Positions 47,652 through 58,161 of a stretch of DNA of 64,000 nucleotides are shown in pieces. This DNA comes from Paraspadella gotoi (Eukaryota > Animalia > Chaetognatha), in contig CM119267.1 in NCBI GenBank assembly GCA_051294375.1, positions 10,725,045 to 10,789,044 of the forward strand. Reading direction: 5' to 3'. The notes beneath the pieces were generated by a model. It was given only the letters and a program-made list of their open reading frames with translations, made no database searches and was not told where the DNA came from. The position numbers and the translations under genes are program-made. The stretch's first letter is position 1, and the number at the start of each line of letters is the position of its first letter.

Positions 47652-48857
47652 TCATCGCCCATCGAGAAACCACCCAGGCAGAAAAACGCAAGCGGAGTTT
47701 CTCGGGCACTTCCATACTAAGATCTCTTTGCGAGGTTCGAAACAAAAAAGGACGACGTCGGCGGGATCCTGCGAGGTCGCAGAGGCCTTGACTTGGTCAA
47801 GAAAATGATTCAAGAATCGCAGACAGACTTCCCCGTTCCACGAATCCGACACGCGGCTCGCCCGAGTAGGCAACGACAGCGTTTCCATGGCCTCAAGTCG
47901 ACCGACACGTCCTTCGTCGTCGCGAAATCCGCACACCACCTTCGGGATCCCGAGGAGGTAAGATTGAGCCCAGAACTTGAGCGCCTTGAAACGCCAAAAA
48001 TTGTCCCGCTGTCGTTGAGAAAACCACTCTCGCGAAGTTTTTAATTCAACGTATTCTGGCGAAGGAGTCCTCTCGTTAAGGCAATCGACTTCGCCCGCAA
48101 ATAATAGAGCGTGTTCGTTCAATTTTGATCTGACTACGCGACAATAACCTTCACTGTTGTTAACGGGTTTTGCGATATCCGGAAGGCCATTCCGTACGTC
48201 GCTCGTGACGTACTGTTCGAACTTGTAACCCCAGTAGGACATTCGTTTCTGATCCTCGTTTTCGCTCTCGCGTTGCAAGAGTCGAGATTCCGTTTCAAAG
48301 TCGACTAAAAACCAAGTTTCTCTAAATTTCGAGGCAGCGACAATCCAACCGTCGCGCTTTTCGAACGGCGCCGTCATGACTTTGGTCAACAATCCGCGCC
48401 AACACACAAAATCGACGCCGTTTAGATCGACTCCATTGGCGACGATCCACCGCAAAACAAAGTCGAGGTATTCTTTTTCGGAATCATCATGCCTCTGGAA
48501 CTCGGAAAACCCGACGGTGAGGTCCATGTCGACGCAGTTCCAATCGCCATCAAAGGCGAAGAAGCGTTTGGCGCGAAAGTCGTTGTGGAATCGACGCCGA
48601 TCGTCGAGCGAGAATTCCCCGACCTTCAGCGGCTGCTTGAAGACGATGGGGGACGAACGTGGGAGACGTAGTGTGGGATTTAGAGGGATTATTCCGCCAG
48701 AGACGGAATGCCGAACCAGTCCAGTAACATCGGGCTGGGTGCGTGATCTGTTGTCCTCGGGGTAGCATCGCGACCAACCCTCTAAGAAAGATTTTTTCGA
48801 AGGTGGACCTTCTTCATCCTCCTTATTCTCAGCAAGTTTTCTTTTATTTTTACTCAT
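47652..48857 (-). CDS. DXO: Decapping and exoribonuclease protein (Dom3Z/Rai1)
   Basis: DFVCWRGLLTK, YWGYKFEQY, GEVDC, YVELKTS, KFWAQSYLLG.P.VVCGFRD. First in-frame ATG (MSKNKRK) is at 48857. Confidence 0.95.
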   Translation of the reverse strand: MSKNKRKLAENKEDEEGPPSKKSFLEGWSRCYPEDNRSRTQPDVTGLVRHSVSGGIIPLNPTLRLPRSSPIVFKQPLKVGEFSLDDRRRFHNDFRAKRFFAFDGDWNCVDMDLTVGFSEFQRHDDSEKEYLDFVLRWIVANGVDLNGVDFVCWRGLLTKVMTAPFEKRDGWIVAASKFRETWFLVDFETESRLLQRESENEDQKRMSYWGYKFEQYVTSDVRNGLPDIAKPVNNSEGYCRVVRSKLNEHALLFAGEVDCLNERTPSPEYVELKTSREWFSQRQRDNFWRFKALKFWAQSYLLGIPKVVCGFRDDEGRVGRLEAMETLSLPTRASRVSDSWNGEVCLRFLNHFLDQVKASATSQDPADVVLFCFEPRKEILVWKCPRNSACVFLPGWFLDGR

Positions 48858-48876
48858 TTTATACGGTTTATAAGTA

Positions 48877-48900
48877 CTAAAGAGGAGAAAATTCAAAAAA
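48877..48900 (-). promoter_or_regulatory. Candidate trans-splice acceptor upstream of DXO
   Basis: Minus strand TTTTTTGAATTTTCTCCTCTTTAG| lies ~20 nt before the ATG and ~144 nt after the upstream stop. Confidence 0.55.
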
Positions 48901-49021
48901 GTACTGGAACGTAAACTGGAAAATGGTGCAGTAAAGGTAATCTCAATCAACAATTTTGAAAGCGGTTTTCTTTACTGTTTTCAAACCGTGAGAAACAATA
49001 AAACAACCCAGCTTTTGGTTG

Positions 49022-51013
49022 TTACTTTCGACCGCTCGCTTTGCCCGACGTTTTGTCAGAGTAATCTCTGGCCCTGCTTTTCCTTTCTTCATTTTCCATA
49101 CGGGCCATTTCTTTTTCGACTGCTTTGCGAAACGTGGTTTTCCTTTCGGGATGCCGATAATAGCATCCTTCATTTTTACAATCTTTAAATCGGCAAAGCA
49201 ATCTACCCATTTTTTCTTTAGCTCTTTCTACGCCGTTTACTCGCTCCACGTCCTCTTGCAATTCACGCATTTTCCTATTACCAAAAAGACGATGGTAGTA
49301 CTCCCATGAGAAGTTCCGGGTCGGTGTCATCCTTGGACAGCGGGAACTAAATGAGCGTCGACATCTTGAACGGTCCGAATCCGACTCGCGAGATCGATCC
49401 CGAACGGGCGAACATAAATGCTCCCCATCAGACGATGAGTTACGAAATCTTTCTTTTTGTTTCAATGTGTTGCAATCACGAGAAGGCTCACAATCCTGGG
49501 TCACCGGCATATGATTTTGGTCAGAGCCTGTCGCCCGTTCTTCCATTCTGCAGGTTTGCGATAACTCGTGATTTTCCCTTTCATCTTCCAAACAGTGAGG
49601 CGAAGCATCTTCCTTCCTCGAATTTTCGGAAATAAGCTCTCGCGCAGATTCCAGGAGTTTCGTCAACGAAAAGTTTTGAGAATGGCTCCCTGAGAGAATC
49701 TTCCTCCTTTTCGGCTGTACCGACTTCGAACCGTGCATTCTTGAAAAGCCGACGTCGACAGAACTGGCGTAGGAAAGTTGATGCGTCGGCAACGGACGAA
49801 TCAACGGGGTCACCGTCGTCTTTCCGGATTGAAGCCTCGAACGAGTTTCCATCTGGTCGCTGCCCGGGCCTTTTTCCAGCGTGGAAACGACCGAGGAAGA
49901 TTTGGAATCTGTAAACGAAAGTCCTCTCTTTCGTGGAGTTTTAAATGAGGAGGAAGGAACGAGAACCGGAATCATTGACTTCTGGACTTTTTCCGACAAT
50001 TTGCCGTCTTTTTTCGAGGAAATACTACGAGAAATAAAACTGCTTGCTGGCACCGTATTAGACGATTCATTAGAGAGAATCCCATAAATATTATATATGT
50101 CCTCGTCTTTGTCGGGGACGTAGATGATGGGGATGCCATCGTCAGAGGCGACCACTCGATCGGTGGATTCGGCTCGATCCGAATGGCAGAGAGAAGACGA
50201 CTCATCGTTCGCTGAGGATAGAATCTCGATTTCGGAAACGCGAAAGTGCGAGGCAGAAATGGGAGGAGAGCCCGCGGAAGACTGGTATCCAGGAAAACCT
50301 TTCGTGATGTCTCCATCCTGTCCGCTCAACAATTCGTTTTTAACAAAACAATTAGTTTCTCCTGAAGAAACTCCTCTATAAATTTTCGAGGGCGTTTCCG
50401 GTAGAGCCCTAATGTCGCTAGTCTCGCCGGGTTCGGCGGAAAGAGCAACGGACCTGAAGGGCGTCTCCTTCGTTGAAGCGTTTTGGCCATCACGTCCTAA
50501 AAAAGGCGAAAAGTCAACTTCTTTTGGAATAGAAATTTCGAGGACATCGGACTTTTTGTCGCAATGACTTGTCTCGTCGTGAATCCCCGAGTCGTCCGCC
50601 TCAAAATGGTTCCTTTCACTCGCTACGTCCAAGCCGGAAAAGTCCTCCATACGATCGTTATCTACGTAGAGTACGGTACGCGCCGCTTGCGACTCCACGC
50701 TGGCTGAAGAGAAAGCCTGCGCCTCTAACTCGGGAAGCTCGATCTTTTGAACTGAGGCGACGCCGGAAGTCGGCGAAGATGAAGCCATCGCGACACAAAG
50801 ACGATGTTCGGAGCGCCCCCGATAAAACCGCTTAACCTGAATAGCTTCCGAAGTGAGATCGCAACGACGGACCACGTCATCGAGCATTGTCTCCACGCAG
50901 CTGATGCACAGTTTGTCTATGTGTCTGTTCAATCGGCTGTTTAAAAGTCGCAAGTCTTCAACGATGTTTTCGTGCAGAGTTATGCACAGCGTCATCACAG
51001 ACTGCCAATCCAT
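49022..51013 (-). CDS. Uncharacterised largely disordered Ser/Arg-rich protein with C-terminal CCCH-type zinc-finger-like motif
   Basis: Uninterrupted 663-aa ORF with CRFKDCKNEGCYYRHP near the C-terminus and an acceptor-like TTCTTTTTAAAG shortly upstream of the ATG. Confidence 0.72.
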   Translation of the reverse strand: MDWQSVMTLCITLHENIVEDLRLLNSRLNRHIDKLCISCVETMLDDVVRRCDLTSEAIQVKRFYRGRSEHRLCVAMASSSPTSGVASVQKIELPELEAQAFSSASVESQAARTVLYVDNDRMEDFSGLDVASERNHFEADDSGIHDETSHCDKKSDVLEISIPKEVDFSPFLGRDGQNASTKETPFRSVALSAEPGETSDIRALPETPSKIYRGVSSGETNCFVKNELLSGQDGDITKGFPGYQSSAGSPPISASHFRVSEIEILSSANDESSSLCHSDRAESTDRVVASDDGIPIIYVPDKDEDIYNIYGILSNESSNTVPASSFISRSISSKKDGKLSEKVQKSMIPVLVPSSSFKTPRKRGLSFTDSKSSSVVSTLEKGPGSDQMETRSRLQSGKTTVTPLIRPLPTHQLSYASSVDVGFSRMHGSKSVQPKRRKILSGSHSQNFSLTKLLESARELISENSRKEDASPHCLEDERENHELSQTCRMEERATGSDQNHMPVTQDCEPSRDCNTLKQKERFRNSSSDGEHLCSPVRDRSRESDSDRSRCRRSFSSRCPRMTPTRNFSWEYYHRLFGNRKMRELQEDVERVNGVERAKEKMGRLLCRFKDCKNEGCYYRHPERKTTFRKAVEKEMARMENEERKSRARDYSDKTSGKASGRK

Positions 51014-51634
51014 AGCAAATGTTTGGACTCGAATGGCCTTTAAAAAGAATTTAAAAAAAAAATCACCAAAAAAGTCTTCTTAACAACTTTAATAAAGCAC
51101 AATGTCAAAAACTAAATGAGCGTAAGGAAGAAAAACATGCAATAAACATAAGGGAATCGCATGCTTTGAAAAAATGTCAAAAAGATCTAATATTGTTTCA
51201 AAATTTCAAATATTCAAATAAAAACATACATTATTGTGTTATTGAGATTGGATAAAATCTAAATTAAAATAAAGCTAAAGAAATTTAAATTAATGAAATA
51301 ATTTTTAAAAAAGATTCGCAAAATCAAATACCAACACTGAGGTAACAGAGATAACATATGCATCTATTCGTAATTATGTAAATAACTAAATGTCACCTAC
51401 AAAATACGTCTACGTAAACAATGGACAAGCAATAGTTATGTAAATAAAAATCAGTAAATATATATTTTTTAAAAAAACAAAAAAACAAAAAACACGCCAA
51501 TAAAGTAAACAATTATTCGGTGTAAATAAATCTCATTTGTCATGGACAAATAAAAACGTTTTCAAGCTTTTAACAATACTGTTAATAAACAAACAATAAG
51601 GCAGAGGCAAGTTAGAGAAAGGCTTTCAAAAGTT

Positions 51635-54600
51635 TCATAGTCGTCCACCGTAGACTGGGTTTCTATAAGTCGTCTTGGCTTCCTTATAGATTGGATTTTC
51701 GCCGCTATCCCACTTGGCGTTCTGGCGCTCAGCCTCAAACTTGGCGAACTCCCGACTATCGGAGATCGTGGTGTAAAGCTTCCAAATGAGGAGAAGAGCC
51801 AACCCCACAGCAACGATGCCGATGATCACGCCTACAGAGAGTATTGGACATAAATAAAACGTTACAAAGGCGTTACAAACAACGCTATAATCAGAAGATT
51901 ACAGACCTAAAATAATGGCGAGCAAATCTATCTCTTGCGGACAAAGTTTCTTCTCTTGAACTCTGATAAAGACGCGGTTTTCTTTGTCGTAGCGATAAGC
52001 GAAGAAAAAGTTACAGTCGTCGGCTTCATCTTTGAACTGGCATCGTCGGAATCCCCCTTCTTCCAAAACCTTTTTTTGGCATTGGAAATGGTTTTAACTT
52101 TTCAAAAATAATCTAGTCAAGGCATTTCGCTATCGGCAATATGCAATTATAAAACAACATTCAATTTTCGTCCCTCTAACGTACCTCCTCTGGGTCTGGA
52201 AGAATTTCCATATGAAACTCGCATTCGCCATCCGGGTGGCATTCCTCAGGAGACCTTGGGCGACCGCGAAAGGCTCGGCACTCGACACAGTCGCGATACT
52301 TCTTACAAGTTCCTTTGCACTTAGGACAGTCTTCACAGGTCGGCCCTCGGTAAGTAGAATTTGTGTTACATCTGCGAACAAAAGTTTTCATCGTTGACAA
52401 AAGTTAAATAGGGTTAATGGCTAACAGAAAATTCTGACCTGCATGTACCGCACACGCAAGACCCGTAACCGTTGCAAAGTTTTCCGTTTGAGGCGATGCA
52501 GGTGGCGTTAGAGGTGGCGCATGCGCAGTCGTTTCCGGTAAAGCCAGGCTCGCAGCTGCATTTTCCACATACGCACTGGCCACGATCAGCGCCCCCACAG
52601 AGTTCGCCCTGTCGAACGGAACCAATTCATTACTCGGCAAACGGTCAAATTCTATTAGACTCAAGTTACCTTATATCTGTCGCAATTGAAGTTTTCACAC
52701 TCGCAGAAAGGCCCCGATATGATTTCACCCTTGTTTGGCCTTTTATCGCACTGGCAGAGGCCACACATACACTTTCCCTTTCCGGAACACACTTCCGTTT
52801 GGTTTTCTTTTCGGCACGTTGCTTCGAAGTCTGTCAAATCTAAAAATAGGAGTTCAATCAATATCTTAATAGGAGATTAGGTTTTCTTTTTTCCCGCTTT
52901 ATTACAGTATTTTAATGAATGTACCAATGTTGTGATGAGCTGGGTTTTCACTTTTTTCACTTTTCACTTTTACAAAAGTTAAGAGCGACGAATTACAACG
53001 AGAGTTTATGTCCTACAGTTGCATCAACTGTACCATAGGTTTATTCTCATACTTCCTTTTAATCGGTCAGTCAGAAATGGTATGTTAATGTTATCAGATA
53101 ATATAGTTTATAAGAACAGTTTCTCGTTAACCAACCTGGGTCAGTCTTGGAGCATTCGCACAAACGTCCGTATCGGTCATCGTGGCAAGTACATTGCCCG
53201 CATTCAAACGTTCCGTTTCCTGCTGTGCACCTTAAGCGTAAAATTATAATCCCGATTACTAATGACATACATAGATAATAGGTAGTCAAAAAAGGTAATT
53301 ACAATCGCAGAAAAAGGTCAAGATCGACTAACCTTGGGGAAAGAGGCTCCTCGAATCCCTCTTTTTCGCAGTCGCACTCGCAGACCGAGTGGATCTTGAC
53401 CTTTAGGACCTCATTGAGACCGACGGGTTTGATTTTGACGACTTGGCGCCTACGAGAGGGGCATGCTCGAGCAACGAGTTCCACCTCGAACTCCACAGTT
53501 TCGTTGATTCCGACGTCGTTGCAGATGGGCGTCTCTTTGAGTTCAGTCCCCTTGCACCTACTGAAGAACTTAACTTGGACATCTTCGGAGTCGCTCTCCG
53601 CCACCATCTTCACCTCGGAGGAGATGTCTCTGTAATTGTCGCGAATGAGTTCCACGACGTTGTTGGAATCCCGGGCTAAGCGAGCCGCACGGGAGCCTTC
53701 GATGTGGTCGGCGAGCCGCTATAGGAAACATTAAGGGAAATAAATATCAAATGGTAAATTAAATAAAAGCTTATCACGACTCAATGAAATTAAAGCTATT
53801 TCTTTCACCTTGTATACAGGAAGTTGTTTTTCGGTGACGGCGAAAATGATGTTGACGCTGTTTTCACTCACCGCGTGATTGATTTGGGAAATGGACGGAT
53901 AATCCTAGGAAGAGATATAAAAACGGGAACGCAGGGAAACATTTTAAATTTAAATTTCAGATAGCATAATAAATAGTTTAATTACATATAAATGCGACAT
54001 CAGTCACCTGTATCGTCGAGTATTCATATTCGTAACCGTTGGCGTCCAAATGGCAGAGTCCGTCATTGGGTTCAACGATGCCACCCAATTTTCCGTCGCC
54101 AGCGTAGTGAAACTCGGAATCCGTGGAAAACAGAAGTAGTTTTCGGGAACGCTTGCGCCAGTTGATTGCGTCGTGACAAACGACTGCCTGAATAAAGTTG
54201 TAACTAAAAATGTAACTTATTTATTATAAAAAAGATAAACGTAACAAAATTTGCCCATTCAAAATTAACAAGGGCTTGTAAATAGACTTCAGCGATGTCA
54301 ATTGTTTAGGTTTTTTTTCCTCAAGAGACGTCGCGACGAAAGGAAAAAATTATGTGAAGATTCCATTCCCATCCGAATATAAACAAAAGTCATGCGGACG
54401 AGCAAGAGCTTGACAGATATGTCATTTGCCTCTTCACACACAATCCCTTTTTTTGCCCGTTCTTATCAAAATGTCAAAACACGGAACAGTTGGCGACAGA
54501 GGAATTCCCGCGTCGAATTCAAAAAAAGGCCATTACCAAAAATGGAATGAGAGGAAAAAGGGAAAAAAAATTATGGGCAAAATTTTCGCAACCTCAATCG

Positions 54601-57086
54601 CAAAGGCGACGAAGGAAACTAAAAGGAAACGAAAACACTAGATTTTTAAATGAAAAAAATTCATAGTTTAATTTATAGCTCTGGTGCTTTCTTTTTCCAA
54701 CTCATTTGAAATTGACATTAGCAGTGCCTTAAAACATAAATTTCATAGTTAACTGGATTCAAGCATTTTTATTATAGAAGTAATAGAACCAATTTCATAA
54801 TAAGTAATTTTCGTGGGCAGCCGAAGCGTAGGAATAGCAAAATATAATATATATTTTTTTTAAACAAAAAACGATATTATATCTGATAAAGAGAAACCTG
54901 AGGGGAGGAGATTGAGTAATTGATGCACTACCTTAGATTCTCAAAAACTTGTACCCACGTTTTAATCTTAAAACCCTTCTAAATTTCTTCGATTGAAGCG
55001 GTCTCAATAGAGATTTTCTATAAGGATAAGACCGGAATAATCACTTCTAAGGATCAGCTGTCTTTGACTGTAACGAGACGTTTCCTTTGAATGGGAATCT
55101 CGTTTAAAGATTAACATTAAAATAACTTCAAAATTAAAATTAACAATATTGGTGGGATGGGGTATTTTTGAATAAACTGGGTTGGTTAGAAACTATGAAT
55201 TATTGTCTCTTAAAATGGCCCTTGAGAAATTGATTGAGCGCGATAACTACAACAGAGGAGCGATCACGAAAGTAAGCCCACTTCAAGCCTTTCATTCGGG
55301 CCAGGATTTCCAAAAAGGAAGACGACGAAGACGTAAAAGCAGATTCTGACTAAACTTGAAACTTTTTTATGAATTCAAATATTTGATTGCTACCATTATA
55401 ATTATTGACATAATTAAAATAATATCTTTTAACGACAATTATCATAATTATAAATATCAATTCTATTATTATTGTTATTATCATTTTAAACATTATTATT
55501 ATTGTAAGACATAATATTATGTTATTGTTATTATTATTATTATTATTATTAGAATTTTCAAAATAAAAATAATATTTTATTATAAGGGTATTAACTGTAG
55601 AATCAACTCGGCTTCTTACCTGCATGATGGCGTCGAAACCTCCTTCAGGAGCGTCGAGGTTTCCACTGACTTTGGCCTCTTTGACTTTGGAGGCAAATTC
55701 GCGGTGGTTTGCAGTGAGAGGAAGGTCGTTCCGAAATCCGTACGGTGGGGCGCAGTCTTTGCAAGGCTCCTTCAACTTTCGCTCAACGGTGGAGACGTAA
55801 GGCATCACCTAATGAAACGATCCGAAAAAAAATACAAAAAAGAATAAAAATAAAACAGAAAAAATAACAGAAAGAAAATTCTACGTACAAAGAAAGAGAA
55901 AGAAAAAAAAGAGACAAAAAGAAAAAGAGAGAAGAAAGGAAAAAGATGTATGACGTCTTCGAGTGGATAATCAGCAATTATGACCAGAATCGTCCCACTT
56001 GAATCAATAAAAATATATACCATGGGAGTTTATCAAAGATCGATGTAGAAAACTAAATAAATACTATATATAAGCCTATGAAATACTAAACGATCCGGGA
56101 TCCACAATTAAGTTGCTCAATGCTCAATTACTCATCCTCCAACTTTCACTACATATAATTGATACAAAAATTACAATTTTTTAACGAGTTCTTTATGAAA
56201 ACTGGAGAAAAAACGATATTTTTGCGTACCGTTTTATCGACAAACGATCCAAATCCTAGTCGAAAATCTCTTGTTATTTTCTCCATCTTCTGTGCGAGCT
56301 CGACACCGAGAGTCGCGAGTTTGTCTTTGTCGTCTCTCATGGAAGCGGAGAGATCCATGAGGTAATAAAGATCAACTGGGTAATCCGCCTCCTGGTGATA
56401 TTGAATCTGAGTGGGAGCGAGGGTTGGACAAAAATATTTAAGAACAAAAAACAGAAACAAGTTGGCGAATTTGAAAGTCTTAGAAAGACAACTAAAGCAG
56501 AATCTGAAAAAATGTTCTTTATAGGAAAAATGGAAAGAAATATATTAATAGACGCTGGTACTAATCATTTTCACCTTGAATCTGGCGGGAGACTTTGGTC
56601 TCAATTTGACGTTCATCTCCTGAGGATGAATCTGAACCCGACCGTTGGATCCCAAAGGTTTTTGTTTGGTGACAATGGCCTCGCTCTTTTCGTTCCGAGG
56701 GTGGACATTCTCGATTCGGCACCCAGCGGCCCTGAGATTCTCCACAAGGTCACAACGGGAATTACCCGATTCCACATAGTCGGCCTGTTCGCACCACCCG
56801 CACCTTAATGGAAGTAACGGCCACGATGTATTATATTCAAATAAGAGAAATAAGTTAAAAATAAGTTAAAAACCATACCAAAAAATGAGAATATTTGTAA
56901 TTTGTAATTTGAATGAGTCCAGTTTGGCCTTTAGTACCTCGGATCAGCGACGATGCAGGGACCGCAATACTTTTGCTCTGTGCAGACGGAAGCCTCTTCG
57001 TCGAGGGATTCAGAGGCGACGAGAAGGAAAAAGCCGAGACAGAGGAAAGAAGACGTAAGCGCGTGGTCGATGATCATCCTCATCAT
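51635..57086 (-). CDS. Integrin beta subunit (multi-exon)
   Basis: Signal peptide, PSI cysteines, [15 protein letters not shown] (MIDAS), [27 protein letters not shown]-like repeats, TM, and a cytoplasmic tail with NPIY and NPVY motifs. Confidence 0.96.
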
Positions 57087-57377
57087 CGGCGCAGGACGGA
57101 GAGACCGCGAGGATGGGGGGACTCGCAACGGGGGGCAATCGGGGTTAGAGGGGCAGAGAAAGGCAGGCGGTAAAGGCACGTCGTATGTAGATTGGAAGAG
57201 AGCCTTCTCGGTGGGGAGGATTTCCCCGTCGCATCCGCGAGACGTTAGTTTTTTTGGAATGTTTTGGTTTTTAAAAAAGATAATTAAAAATATGCGTTCT
57301 GTTGTAAAAATATTCCAAAAATAAGTAAACCAATGTAAATACGGTGCAATAAACGTACAGATAGGAGAACAAAACTA

Positions 57378-58066
57378 AAAAAATCTTAAAAGTATAGTGG
57401 TCTTGCCAGACGTTACTATCAAAGAAAATTAATAAAAAAATCCGAAAAAAAAAGAATGATTGATGCGATAATAAATTATTGATGTATATAGTAATTGATT
57501 GATTGATGTAATAGTAATTGATTATTGATTGGATGATAACCAAATATTGATGCAATAATAATCATATAATTAAAAAAGATAAAAAAAAAAAAATAAAATA
57601 AAGAGAAACTGGACAGCCGCTGAAGCAGATTAATTTGTGGATTATCTCATATTGTCATATATTGATTAAGCTCTGATAAATTTTTGTTCTATTGTATTAA
57701 AGGTTTAATATTAATATTTCACATTGGTAAATGATTATGTTTATTTGTGGTTCAATTAATAGCTAAATAATTAATGATTTAATTATCATAATTGTTAGTT
57801 TATAACTTTAATTATTCTTATACAGCTGCTGCAGAGCTGAACTCGTCTATATATAAAAAATTAATTTGTAAATAAAACAAGCAAATGAGTATAGGAAGAT
57901 AAAACATAACAATTTAAAAGACTTCAATGATGAAAAGCCATATCTAAATTGTCAACTTATGATTTCACACTCGAGCTATTTTTAACATTAAAATACCGTA
58001 ACGACGACGACGACAATGATGGTCAAAAAAAGCAGAAACGAATTAACATCTCGTCTGGCGAGATAA
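57378..58066. mobile_element. Helentron/DINE-like non-autonomous repeat, family B, copy 2
   Basis: Homologous to 13062-13970. Subterminal IR GCCAGACG (57405) / CGTCTGGC (58052), terminal hairpin ATCTCG-tctgg-CGAGAT, and a (GAC)n tract. Confidence 0.65.
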
Positions 58067-58161
58067 AAATGTTTCACCTACGAATATATATCTCAAAATT
58101 TGGACAAAAAGAAAATGTAATATAACTTTGGCAGAATTTTAAAACATGATAGAAAACAAAA

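Noticed and set aside
54190-55620. Possible mutually exclusive alternative exon in the large integrin intron
   Set aside because: No integrin-like reading frame with compatible splice sites was found.
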